Shown here one piece after another: positions 11,050 to 34,213 of a stretch of 64,000 nucleotides of DNA. The stretch's first letter is position 1, and every line of letters begins with the position of its first letter. Under the pieces are notes generated by a model that was not told the origin of the DNA, did no database searches, and worked only from the letters and a program-made list of their open reading frames with translations. The position numbers and the translations under genes are program-made. This DNA is from Macrostomum lignano. Lineage: Eukaryota. The stretch is from the NCBI GenBank assembly GCA_002269645.1, contig NIVC01002622.1, forward strand, positions 62,001 through 126,000, in the 5' to 3' direction.

Positions 11050-12847
11050 ATGAATAGGCAACAATACAAGTTCGACGCAAATTCTTTCTTTATCGTTTTC
11101 ATCATCTGCTTGTTGAGATGCTCAATCACTACCGGTAAGGCAAACTTATTTGAGAATTCTAAAGGTGGTTTCATCATCAATTAATACTCTGAGAATGCAT
11201 TCTCTAATTCTAATTGAATTTCTCAGCTCCCACCGTGCCGAAAAACTTACCGACCAAGATGTCGTCTTTGTACGAGGCGCCATCGAATTCTGCCTATGGC
11301 TACAACGGCAACACTAATGGAGTTTACAATCCATCCACTCAGTGCTTCGCTACTAGCAACACCGACTTTAGTCCCTGGTGGATGGTGGACATGGGAAAGG
11401 ACTACATTGTTTCTGGTGTTCGAGTGTGGAATCGAGTCGATTGCTGCGCTGAACGGTTTAGACTGATCACTGTTGGTGAGTGGCAGCTGATTCCATTTGG
11501 TTTTTATTGACGATGTTGTTCACCTTGAGAGTTTTCAACCGCATCCAATCCAAGGAGTCACCTCGAATCCGTCCGCGTGGAACAGCGCAGATCGCAACCT
11601 GTTCAGCAAGTGCTTCGATTGGCAGGGAGTAGCCGCGGCCGTTGACAATCCACTGAGCTTCTCTTGCAATCAACCGACTGTAGGCAGGTACCTGGCTGTG
11701 TTTAAAAACACGAGCGGACAGACTGGAGACGTCATTGTGCTGACAATGTGCGAGATCGACATCTACTGTAAGTTCAACACAACCAGGGTGGCGCAGTTCT
11801 ACGCAGTTTTATTGGGAGATGGGTCTTTATTGGAAGATGGGTCTTTACTGGGAGATGGATCTTTACTGGGAGATGGGTCTTTACTGGGAGATAGATCTTT
11901 AATGGGAGATGGGTCTTTATTGGAAGATGAGTCTTCACTGGGAGATGGGTCTTTACTGGGAGATGGGTCTTTACTGGGAGATGGGTCTTTATTGGGGGAT
12001 GATTCTTTATTGGGGGATAGGTCTTTATTTGGGGATAGGTATTTGACTTTGACTCTTTATTGGGGGATAGGTCTTTATTCGGAGACGGGTCTTTATTGAG
12101 AGGGGTCTTTATTGGGGATATGTCTTTATTGGGGGATACATGCGTAGGTCTTTATTGGGGGATAAGTCTTTATTCGAAGATGGGTCTTTATTAAGGGATA
12201 GGTCTTTATTGGGGGATAGGTCTTTATTCGAAGATGGGTCTTTATTAAGGGATAGGTCTTTATTCGGAGACGGGTCTTTATTGGGGATAGGTCTTTATTG
12301 GGGGATACATGCGTAGGTCTTTATTGGGGGATAGGTCTTTATTCGAAGATGGGTCTTTATTAAGGGATAGGTCTTTATTCGGAGACGGGTCTTTATTGAG
12401 AGATGGATCTCTAATAGGCTTTAGCACCAAGGTCTTTAGCACCAATAAGGGGCGCCAACACTTAAATGAAAATGTTATTTCAAGACCATCCAGTCAATAT
12501 TCAGCTATTCCGTCAGGGATCAGATGTACAAGTTCGTACATATAACCCAGGCAGAAGGCTAACAAAACGCTCGTGAATCGCTTCCAGACAAAGATCCATC
12601 GTCCGGCGTCTTCAAGACTACTCTGCCAAGCTTCTCAGCGAGCTCGACTAGCCTGGTGGCTTCAACCTCCGCCAGCACAGACGTGCATTGCACCACCATC
12701 TGCGCCGCCAAAACTGAGTGCTTGTATATTCTGTTCCAATCAACCACACTCAATTGCTGGCTGCTGTCATCGTCCACTGCTCCAGACAATTTGCGCATCG
12801 AGTATAACAATCCGGATGCTAAATTCTTGGGATTTATCGAGGAGTGA
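11050..12847 (+). CDS. Secreted F-type lectin-like (FTP) + PAN/Apple domain protein, paralogue 2
   Basis: Exons 11050-11134 (signal peptide), 11227-11475 ([19 protein letters not shown]), 11555-11767 (GRYLAVFKN..MCEIDIY) and 12588-12847 (CTTICAAKTECLYILFQSTTLNCWL). All introns are phase 1, with the same exon layout as paralogue 1. Confidence 0.87.
11805..12410. repeat. ~18-bp intronic minisatellite (TTATTGGGAGATGGGTCT variants)
   Basis: Tandem array in intron 3 of lectin paralogue 2. Confidence 0.9.
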
Positions 12848-13239
12848 ATTCAATGACTGATAATTTACTCAAAGTCCAAGCAAAATTAGTTTGAACTGCT
12901 ACAGTACGGTGTTCCCACACTGCTCCCATTATTATTAGATTCATGGGATTTATCTACCCCCCGTAGGTTTATTTACAGAGCCCAAGTTATTATTTACAAT
13001 TTGCAGTCATTCGATTGCACAGCGCAACAGGTGTTCGATCTATCAACTTCGATAACAACTTGGTGTGCTGTCAAGAATCTCGAAAATAAATCAGCTAGAT
13101 TGACAGGTTGGCACTGCACTTGGAAGGAATAAACAGTACTTTCTGCACACCAAACTTGTTTTATCTTAATTGGCTGGGTGTTTTACTTAAATTGGTTTAA
13201 TAATCAGTGTGTAGCATGCGGAGTTGAATGTAGAGTGGA

Positions 13240-13400
13240 GTTTGTAGCTTGTGGACTGGAATGTAGAGCTTGTGGACTGGAATGTAGAGCTTGTGGACTG
13301 AAATGTGTAGCTTGTGGACTGGAATGTAGAGCTTGTGGACTGGAATGTAGAGCTTGTGGACTGGAATGTGAAGCTTGCGGAATAGAATGTGGAGCTTGTG
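13240..13400. repeat. 21-bp minisatellite (GTGGACTGGAATGTAGAGCTT)
   Basis: About 7 tandem copies visible. Confidence 0.85.
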
Positions 13401-14181
13401 AGGTGGAGTGTCTGGAGTGACTGAGTATTTAATGTCTTGCTTAATCTGTTTAGTCATATCATAAGTACACAGCTACATGTTTGCTAGTTTTTCAAAACCA
13501 TTACTATAGCTTATTGATAAAATGAAATAAGAAAATTAAACAAAAAAGCAATAGATTTACCATGATAATTTCAAGAGCGGAACTGCCCAACCAAATTGAT
13601 GACAGATATTGATTGAGTCGACTTATACTTGAGCAAAACTGCAACGCAAACAGACAACTAAGAAACCAACGCTTCCGTAGATCACGTACAGACTTTACGA
13701 CCATATTATATAGTTAAAAACAGATGAAAAATAAACAAGTGTTACAGTCTGCAAGGGTAGCCTGAAGATGAATAAAAAATACACTCATGGAGTTAAGTAA
13801 GACGAACTGATAACTACTTATTAAGTAAATTGAAGGTCAAAAGTAAGAAAATAGATTTGAAAAGGTTAGAGATGCTTATTAAATTGTTAAAATTGATATG
13901 CAAACAGAACAGTAAAAAATGGAGGGTGACAGTGACAGTGTAAACACGTTTTAGACTTACAACTAGCCCACTAAATGCAGATTAGTTAAGCACAACAAAA
14001 ATAGTTACTATTATTAAATGTATCGATACTTAGACTTCTGTACTACAAATGGGCGCGCGGCAATCAAGCAAAACTTGAAATATAATTATAGCACCATTTC
14101 ACCTAACATCAAATTTACTGCTTAATGCCAAAGTAATAAAAAAAACTCGATAACAGACTGAATCAGAGTTAAAGTGTCTTT

Positions 14182-17100
14182 TCAACAGGCTTTAGCCTGA
14201 GCCCGAGCCTGAGCTCTAGCCTGCTCTTCTGCAACGGCAATGGGCCGACGGAACAGTATAATGTGCGGCTCCGGGTGGTGAACCATATAGTTAACCCAGC
14301 CTAGGCTCTGTTGAATGCCCAGACTGCGCCACTCGGCTTCGCTCATCAAACGGATTGAATCGCCACTCCTTGGCAGTCTGGACACCAGCTCCTTGGGAAT
14401 GTGGCAGTGCCTAAAAATGTATGCTTTTAGTGTATAGTAGTAGTATGATATTAAATTCAAGGTGTAGTGTTTAACTGTAATTATAGCTGCGGCTATAGAA
14501 CATGTGCTAGGTTGATATTTTACCTTGGGCATTATAAAGAGGGTTGCGGTACCAAGAACCTTAATTTACTCATAGTATATAAAATAAGTCTGCTTGGTGC
14601 CAACCTTAGAATATTCTTTATGCTGGGATTACAAAAAATGATAGAGAATGAACTGGCATAGGTAAAAAACTAAATAGGAGTGGTTAAATCTGGGTCAGAG
14701 CACCTTCTCATACCCAACCCAATAACTTGATTGCAAACTTTGTTTACCTTTGCTATTGAAAATTGAACTATAATGTAAGGGAAGAAAGGGGGGCCGTAGC
14801 CCAGCGGTAGCGCAGCTGCTCTGGTGTGCCAGCGACCCAGGCTTGATTCTAAGTGCAGTCACATTAATTTGGGGCTGAATTGGAATCTCGGCTTGGCTCT
14901 GCTCGTGCAATTAACAGCCTTGAGAGCCAACCCCCCAAGGTGCAGTGAAGTGTACATGCCTAACGATAAAATGAAGTTAGGGCCGCTGTACACTCCTGTG
15001 TGAGTGTGTGCCTGAGTATGTATCCGCGCACTTGTATGCCTGCTCAGGGGAGTCAGCGGAATGGGCAGTAATGCCTCTTGCTAGTTGTGGGCCCATGTCG
15101 CTTAAAGTGTGCCAGGGTGCACACACCCCCCCCCCCTACCTCTAATAATAAAAAAGTAAGGGAAGAAGTCTTAAGATTAGAATGCTAGGGACTAGGAACT
15201 GATAACCTAGGAAGTAGGAACAACAAGGTTGATAACTATCTTTCCTGACCTATCCCATTAGCCTAGCTTGCCAATGAGATAGCTAAAAACATTTAAAAGC
15301 TAAAACACAAATGAGACTCCTATATACTGCCAATATTTACACAGCAACAAAATTTATAAAGCCTCCTAGCTCTCAATAAGTTGAAATAAATTAAAGGAAA
15401 GCATTGATTTAGTAATTTTAATAAGGATATAAAGTTTTATTAACTGTATTTATTTTGATCTTTTGCAGCTTTTTGAGTAGCCCCTAATAGGCTAATAGGC
15501 TTATAGGACCTATATAAATTTTTAGCTAAAAATAGAATTCCACTGTAGCTACAGATATGGCTACAGGAAGTTACAGATAGAGATATGGTTATGGGAACTT
15601 GTACTTCACATATATACTAATACCACTCAACTGAGACCCAAAAATACCACAAGAACTGTTGATCTGATGGAGAATAAGAGAAATTAATAACTGTTGCTTG
15701 CTAGCCTTCAAAGTGGTAAGAACTTTAAAGTCTCTAAAATTTAGGACTCAGCATCAACATAGACTGTCAATGCAATTTCCATGTTATAGTTGGATAGTAA
15801 AGACTGAAATAAAGATGAATTTTTTTACTTTCAAAGGGGAGCTTTTAAGTCCCTACATGGATTTGGAAACTTAGCAACAGAGTTGATACCACATGCACAT
15901 ACACAAGGGAAGGGGGCTAAAGTTAGATGAATATTTTCACTTTCAATGTAGGGAAGCTCTTAAGTCCCTAGGGTTAAAGACTTCAACAAAAGAAATTTTT
16001 GATGCCATATGCTGGGTTGTGGGGCCATACATGCGCAACAGTCGGCTGAGTCAACCGATCTGGCTGACCGATTTGGCAGCCAATCAAGGAAGTTGCAAAA
16101 ATGCCCAATCGAAAAAATACCAAAGTAGTATTACTAAGTAGCTGATGAGGCATTTTGACCTAATAAGACAGTCATAGTTACTCCTTCTGTTTACCCAAAA
16201 TTGCATTAATTTTGCTTTACGGTTTTTATTACATGTAAGTCACATTTTTGGCCAAAAACTATGTCGCATCTTTGTTAAAACTAAGTTGCATGGCTGACCG
16301 AATTTTGGAGGTTGTGCAAGTATGCGTGGGGCTAAAATTAAGACAAATATCTTTATTTTTAATGTGAAGGCCAAAGGGAATTTTCAAATTCTTAGAATTG
16401 GAGACTAAAGCAACAAATATAGAAATATTTGATATTGGAATTGGAATTAAGGTTGGAATAAGGGGCATTAAAGTTAAGATATGTTTTTATTATAAATAAA
16501 CAGGGAACTCTAAAGTCTCTAGGGTCAAGCCAAGGACTTAAGCAATATATATTTGACACTTGAGACACATTGTGGTTGGGATAGTGGGTGCTTAAATCAA
16601 GATCAATGAAGCAAATTGGGAAGCTGACTAGTATCTACCATTATCAAAGAAGGTTAGATTGCAAAAAAGGCTTTTTGGAAACCAACTAATTGGCCCAAGT
16701 AAACTATTATAATTGCAGAAGATCTTGATAAGAATTAAAGATTTAGTTACTTTAGTTACCAAAACAATATAAGAAAGGAAAAAAAAAGGAAAAATAATGA
16801 AAAAAGGAAAAGAGGGGAAAAAGAGAAAAGGAAAGGAAAGAAGAGAAAGAAGAAGGGATAAAAAAGCAAAAGAGAGAAAAAAGAAAAGAGAAGACATTTG
16901 CCCTTGGCTACAATCCATAGTTTAGATCATATATTAGTATATGCTAGGTTTAGTAGAAGAAAAAAGTAAGACTAAGACCTTGTATATATACTAGGACTAA
17001 AAATGTCACTGATGTTTTTTATTGTATAATGTATATTAGAAATGTATATATGCAATATCTAGCTGTTTTTTTAAACTTAAAGCATTTTATTTATCAAGGT

Positions 17101-17508
17101 CTAGGTCTTAGTACTATAATCTATATAATAGTTACAGAAAGTTTATTAACTAGGTAGATATAAATACCAATTGTTGATTTACATGTAGACCCTATCTTAA
17201 TAATGTATATCTCCCATTCAAAATTTTCTAGAACCTGACAGATAATTATGGATAAGGATAGGCCTAGGCAGCTATAGTCATATAGAAAAATTATAATAGG
17301 CCTATAAGATTATGGTGGCCTAGCTCTAGGTTATTTTTTAGCTAAGACCTAGTCCTAGTCCTAGGCTCTACTCCTAGGTCTAATAATAGGCCTAATATTT
17401 ATAATTAAAATAATATTAATTAACAATTATTGACTTCACTTACCTATATTCATACATATCATCTCTGTATTTCTCAGAGTATAAAATTTTTGATGCCAGA
17501 TTGCTCAT
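14182..17508 (-). CDS. CKS1: Cyclin-dependent kinases regulatory subunit (Cks1/Suc1)
   Basis: Exon 1 is 17444-17508 ([22 protein letters not shown]; GTAAGT donor) and exon 2 is 14182-14410 ([45 protein letters not shown]). The phase-2 junction is consistent. Confidence 0.95.
14787..15155 (+). mobile_element. Full-length tRNA-derived SINE, family A, with 12-bp TSD
   Basis: A box TAGCCCAGCGG, degenerate B box GGCTTGATTCT and A-rich tail TAATAATAAAAAA. TSD GTAAGGGAAGAA at 14775-14786 and 15156-15167. Confidence 0.9.
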
Positions 17509-18953
17509 CTTTTCGTTTTATAATTTTTTGTACTTGTAAAATTGTATGAACAAGGTGGTCTAGATTTTCAATGTAGTAGGGGCCTATAGTATTAGTAGAA
17601 TCTAGGGGCTAATCTAAACTAGGGCCAATGCTTTGCTTTTTATAGTTCTTGGCCTGTTTATCACAATATTAAAATAAAAAAGATTAAGATGCAAGTAGCA
17701 GTGTAGTGCGTAGCCCCTATTTAACTTGAATAGGCCTAAGTATATGATGAGCTTTTGTCTACGACTAGGCCTACAGATTGTTAAAATGGAACTTGTGGCT
17801 GTGCGCTCTAGTATAGTCGAACGTCAAAGCAAATAATAAATGTTATTCTTTATGCCACTATTGTGGGCCTGATCGTGGATTCGTGGGCCTAAACCGTCTA
17901 GTAAGTAGGCACTAAGACTAAAAATACGAAGGCTTCAATTATATAGTGCTCGGCGCCTTATAGTGCCAATGCCAAAACAAAACTCACGTGATATACTTTA
18001 AAGTTTACGTTAAATAAAACAAAACTTAAAACTAGGTTTTATTTTATATTTTTCAGATAGCATATCTCTTTAAAAGTTTATATTAAATAAACTTTACTTC
18101 TTTTAAATACATTAAAAAGTTGTATAATGTTAATGCAAAAAGATTTTGAGTCCTTAGCATTTTTAACATCAGCAATTGATTATTAAATGACCGGCGGTGC
18201 GGCAGACAGACAGCAGTCTCGACTACTCTGGAAGATTTCATCACATCGTATATAGACAGAGCTTCCCTAAATGCTTGATTAAAAAAACGTAAAATTCCCT
18301 GGCAAAGCATTAACACTTTGAATATCTGTCGTGTTGTAAAATACAACACCCTGGCCCCTCGTTCTCCCCTGCTAGTACTACTTTAACTGAAGGTCCTAAC
18401 TATAGCAAATTATTTTTCATCAAACACTAGACTTTGGTTTTCTAGCTTACATGCACTGCTATCATTGTTTTGAAAGTTAACATGAGGCTCCCAGTAGTAG
18501 CACTAGCTGGTATTATTCATTTTAGGCAATTTTCCTCTTCAGTTCGTTATAATATTTTTTACGTTTTAAATGAAACAAATTTTGCTTAATAGCTTATAAA
18601 TAACACGTGCTTTCACTTTTATATGGTTTCTGCAATCTATTAATTATTAAAAGCTACAGAATTTTTAATATTGGGTAGGGTAGACTTGTCATTAAATACA
18701 TCCTCTTTGGAACTTTATATTTTTTATTTATAAAAGTTTCTATATTTATTCTTACAGTTACAAGTTTTAAATCAATTTTAACTTTTTAAATTATTGAAAA
18801 TAATGTTTTTAACTTTTTAGTTATCTCATTAAAATCACTTATGGCATATAATGGGAAACCAAAGCGGAGGCTAAATTTAACCCTAATTTTACTGGAACAA
18901 TCAAAGAATAACTTACTAAGCTTATAAGCCGTGTAAGTCCGAACAAAAGTCAC

Positions 18954-29225
<10,272 letters not shown>

Positions 29226-30894
29226 CAGGCAGACTGACAGACAGAGCTCCAGAGCTTTAAATTGGCTGTGTCATATGGAACGATGCACCAAAAGGACCAT
29301 TGGTACTAGTAGTAAGACATGTAGGTCTGAACATCTATAAATTTGTTAAAATCGAAAATTCGCTTTAAAATGCATTCTGAGACAGGATGGTAGTCATCGC
29401 GAATGCAATTTAATACCAATATGGGTACGGAGCTTTAACGGAATTTTCAAGTTTTTAAAAAACCCATTAACCGTCATTTAAAAATAGTATTTAGTATTAA
29501 ATCTTAGTATTTTCAATTTGGATATCTAAATTCAAGTAAACACAAAGCTCGGACCAATTTTATAAGCGCAAATGAAGTTCAAAAGGTGAAGTTGCTATCA
29601 AATTTCCAGAAAAAAAACTGAAAAGTTTGAGTCTCACGATTGCATCCTGGAGCGAAATTATGACTTTAAGTAATATTTTTTATCAATTTCTATTGAATAA
29701 CTGACCTGCTTTTAACAGTCTTTAAAACAACGTTTCGTGTACCTCAATAATTTTGTGACAGTAGATTCACTACTTAATTCCGAATATATAATGTACAGCT
29801 TTGTTGGATATTTAGTTTTAAAATTTGCTTTCTAACACCGGATAAGCCCATTAGTTAAATTGAATATTTGGCAACAGCAACAATTGAACATTTATAACCT
29901 TTTTGATGTCGAATTTTTGTTAAAGCAACATTGTGGAATCTCAGTGTCTACTACACTCTTGTTCTTAATTTTTAAGAATTGATTTATCCTTAATTTCGGA
30001 ATTTAACGAATGAAACCTTTTGCAGTGCGCCTTTTACATTGTTGACGATGCTTTGCACTGGTTCTCTTTGCTTTTTGTTTTGGCAACAAACTGCTCAGAT
30101 TTGCTTTTAATGTGAGTCCTTTGCACTACTCAGAAAGATTTTTGTTTTATTTTTTTCCACTTACTATGTACACATACTTTTTGAGGCCCCCACAGTTAGA
30201 ATTATTCCGAGATAAAGTGTAGAAATCTTCCCAATGCAGTGCACAGAAGTTTGTTAATAAGTCTGACAATATATTGTGAACTTTCATGGGAAACCTGCTG
30301 TAGAATGACGCTACACACTCAAATTTCTTGGAAATGAGATGAGAGCCGGTAAGGAACCTACAGTATGGTCTGGAGTGCGCATTGCACAGATTAAGGTTTT
30401 GCCATAGACAAATTCATTTCTAAGAAAATCGAGTGAACCGTAGCGTCCTTGTACTTCAGGTGTCCATGGGCGACTTTTTGCAAATAATAGCTAATGAACT
30501 GAAACTGCATGCTGCTTTTACCATATCGGTAGAAGTTCTGACTTAATTGATTAACAAAATGTCGATAAGGGCCACAAGCCGTAGCCCTCAGTACAGCAAA
30601 GTGTGCATGCTTATCGCTCCCATGCTTCGACGACAGAAATAAAGAGCAATTATAATCTTTAGACTGGCTTTAAGGACTAGATTACAAGAGATTGAATTCG
30701 ATATGTTTACCTAGCTACACTGGGCCGCTTTACATGTAGATAGGCCATATCGAGTCAAGCAAATCTTGGCTGTTTCACTGCAGTGCAACTGGGGGCAGAC
30801 GGAGTTCAAGATTTCTGTACGGTCATGCAGCTAACACACAACGTTAGTCACGGCCCCACCAGTGCAGCAATCGACACTGTATCTAATCGGGCCT

Positions 30895-30972
30895 GACTGA
30901 CTCAGTTTTCCATAACAATCTGCGCACCTGCGAGTCACGCGCACCCGCCTCTATCGAAGCGTATTTATAAGC
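30895..30972 (+). promoter_or_regulatory. Putative stomatin core promoter (AP-1 site and TATA-like box)
   Basis: TGACTCA at about 30897 and TATTTATAA at about 30962, roughly 80 bp upstream of the ATG at 31042. Confidence 0.35.
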
Positions 30973-31041
30973 TCTGAAAGCCCCTGTGGAAGACGCGGTG
31001 ACGTTGAAATTTACAAGCAACTCCAACTGTACGAAGCCAGC

Positions 31042-32829
31042 ATGGACGCCAGCACAGTTGCTAAGCAGGATCGGCGAGTTGAATTTGAAGAAGACGAACC
31101 CGAGCCTGGAGTCGGATTCTGCGGCGGAATCCTCATCTTCTTCTCAGTTATTCTGATCATTTGCAGTTTTCCTATTTCGATCTTTATGTGCATCAAGGTA
31201 AATTGCTGTCGAAATTGCTTGGCATGTATGCTTTACTAATGTTCTCTTTAGTAGTTTATTTTTAACAACTTCAGATTGTGGCGGAATACGAACGGGCGGT
31301 GATCTTCCGGTTGGGCCGTATCGTTTCCGGCAGACCAAAGGGCCCAGGCCTGTTCTTCATTATTCCCTGCGTGGACACAATGCGCAAGGTGGACCTGAGA
31401 ACCATCATGTTTGACATCAGGCCTCAAGAGGTGACTACCAATTTCAAATTCAATTACTATCCAGGGTGATCTAGATCGAAACAAACAACCAACCAACCGA
31501 CAAACCAGCCAACCAATCAACCAACCAACCATTACGACGTAACCAACCAACCAACCAACCAACCAACCAACCATTAACCAACCAACCAACCAACCAACCA
31601 ACCAACCAACCAACCAACCAACCAACCAACCAACCAACCAACAAACCAACCAACCAACCAACAAACTAATCAACCAACCAACCAACCAGCAAACCAACCA
31701 ACCAACAAACCAACCAACTAACCAACAAACCAATCAACAAACCAACCAACCAACCAACCAACCATCAATCCGACCAGATTCTGACCAGAGATTCTGTCAC
31801 AGTGACGGTAGACGCTGTTGTGTACTACAGAATCTTCAGCCCCATCATGTCGGTGAAGAATGTGGCCGACGTGGACTCGTCGACTAGATTCCTGGCTCAG
31901 ACAACGCTACGAAATGTTCTTGGAACAAAGAATTTGTCAGACATTCTCTCGGAGAGGGAGGCAGTCAGCCAAGCAATGCTGGTGAGCATTGTTGAATTCT
32001 CATACATCAAAACCGTATACTGTATAATACCTGTCACTAATGTTCACTGTTGTCACTAACAACGTAGGCACAACTGGACGAAGCCACTGATCCTTGGGGA
32101 GTGAAGGTCGAACGAGTGGAAGTGTGAGTTGCATCAATTTATCTCGGATAGCAAGCTATTTTGCACTATTTTCTAATAAATTTCCTGCAACAAACCACCT
32201 TGATTTTTACAGCAAGGATGTCAGGCTGCCAACCCAGATGCAGCGAGCCATGGCTGCTGAAGCTGAGGCGAATCGCGAGGCCAACGCTAAGGTGAGATTG
32301 CCAACTGGAAAAAATCTAAGAGGATTAAATAAAGCAATAAACTTCTCTCTAATGTAGTAGTAGATAGGTGAGGCAGTGCAATTATTTCTGCAGAATTGCT
32401 ACAGGAAGATGATTGACCATTCGGTTGTTATGCAGTTGCTACACAGTTGTTATGCAGTTGCTATGCAGTTGCTTGCTACGCGGTTGCTATGTAATTGCAG
32501 TGTTGCCTTTTGCAGAACTTTAGAGCTCGGGTAGAGCCGTTTAAGTTATACACCCGAGCTTAAGTTGAGTTAAAAATAGCTCTTCTTATCTGTTATTACT
32601 AACTTTTTCTCCTGTAAACTCCCAGGTAATCGCTGCCGAAGGCGAGAAAAAGGCCTCTCGTTCGCTCAAAGAGGCCTCCGACATCATGGCGGAATCGCCA
32701 GCCGCTCTGCAGCTGCGCTACCTGCAGACTCTGAACACGATATCAGCGGAGAAGAATTCCACAGTGATCTTCCCGCTGCCAATGGAAATCATGTCGTTCT
32801 TTGTGGACAACAAGAAGACGAAGATGTAG
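31042..32829 (+). CDS. STOM: Stomatin / band 7 family (MEC-2-like) protein
   Basis: Exons 31042-31197, 31275-31430, 31778-31981, 32068-32123, 32213-32291 and 32626-32829. Motifs [54 protein letters not shown] and [10 protein letters not shown]. Confidence 0.96.
31480..31765. repeat. (AACC)n microsatellite
   Basis: Array in stomatin intron 2. Confidence 0.95.
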
Positions 32830-33464
32830 TGGAGAATGAATAGACAAACAACTCTACGCTTATGCATTAGTTTTACATCGGGATAATCTGATTTATCGCC
32901 TACTAAAACAAGTTTTTTTGACAGAAATATTGTAGCATCTCAAATCAGAAGCAAGCAAAGTTTTTATTCAGAATTTTAGCTGCATGTATACTCGCTAATC
33001 TTATACCTTATTAGATTTTATATTTTTCTATCGCTGTTCCATTAAGCACTGTTCGTTCACTAATTGGTTGTGTCTGTATTCACGGCATGGAGTGAAGAGT
33101 GAAGACAGTCTGAACTTGGCTTTGAAATGTTTCGCATTGCTCTCCTGATTCGTGCAAATGATTGGGAATTTATGAACAATTTACGACGTATTAGTAGATT
33201 ATGTAACCTTCATGTCAATACGATTATTATTGCTGTCACAGACAACGGCAGCAAATTAAATTTTTGGATGTATGTCACTTAAAAGACTTCAAATTTCTAT
33301 CTAACGTATATTTACCGCATTTCATACGGCAGTATTGGTGAAACAAATATTTTTTGAAACGCGATAGCTGAAAAATCATGCCTACACAACTTACTTACAA
33401 TAAGGAAGAAAAATCTTTAGTAAGTAATTGTATGTGGAATGTTACACTAATTGCTAAATTTTCA

Positions 33465-33955
33465 GGTGGCACTCTCTGACTTACAGGTGACATTCACTGA
33501 TTTACAGGTGACACTCACTGATTTACAGGTGACACTCACTGACCTAAAGTTGACACTCACTGACTTACAGGTGACACTCACTGACCTACAGGTGACACTC
33601 ACTGACTTACAGGTGACACTCACTGATTTACAGTTGACACTCACTGACTTACAGGTGACACTCACTGATTTACAGTTGACACTCACTGATTTACAGGTGA
33701 GACTCACTGACTTACAGGTGACACTCACTGATTTACAGGTGAGACTCACTGACTTACAGGTGACACTCACTGACTTACAGGTGACACTCACTGATTTACA
33801 GGTGACACTCACTGACTTACAGGTGACACTCACTGATTTACAGTTGACACTCACTGATTTACAGGTGAGACTCACTGACTTACAGGTGAGACTCACTGAT
33901 TTACAGCTGACACTCACTGACTTACAGGTGACACTCACTGATTTACAGTTGAAAC
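33465..33955. repeat. 21-bp minisatellite (CAGGTGACACTCACTGATTTA), block 1
   Basis: Tandem array. The same unit occurs at 34490-35430 and 37020-37445. Confidence 0.95.
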
Positions 33956-34213
33956 TGTGCCACTTATATGACTAGGCATACGGCCTTCGTATCCTTACTA
34001 GCTTCGTATATGTTTTGGTGCAATATAAAGCGCAGTTTGCGTAATTTTGGGGCTAAATTGGAATCTCTGTTCTTGCCATTAACGGCCTTGAGTGCCAACC
34101 CCCAAGGCACAGTGAAGTGTACATGCCTAACGATTAATCAAGTTAGGGCCGCTGTACACTCCTGTGTGAGTGTTTGCCTGTGCGTATGACTGCGTACGTA
34201 TCCGCGCGCTTGC
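33955..34213 (+). mobile_element. SINE family A body with a non-tRNA head, 3'-truncated
   Basis: Head GTGCCACTTATATGACTAGGCATACGGCCTTCGTATCC is shared with 38066. The body matches family A and contains an uninterrupted GCGTATGACTGCG. Confidence 0.8.

Noticed and set aside
11497-12099. C-terminal (LLGDGS)n extension of lectin 2
   Set aside because: It lies after a GTAAG donor at 11768. It is an intronic minisatellite, and the spliced PAN exon follows at 12588.
16628-16918. Hydrophobic 96-aa ORF
   Set aside because: Translation of an A/G-rich low-complexity tract inside the Cks1 intron.
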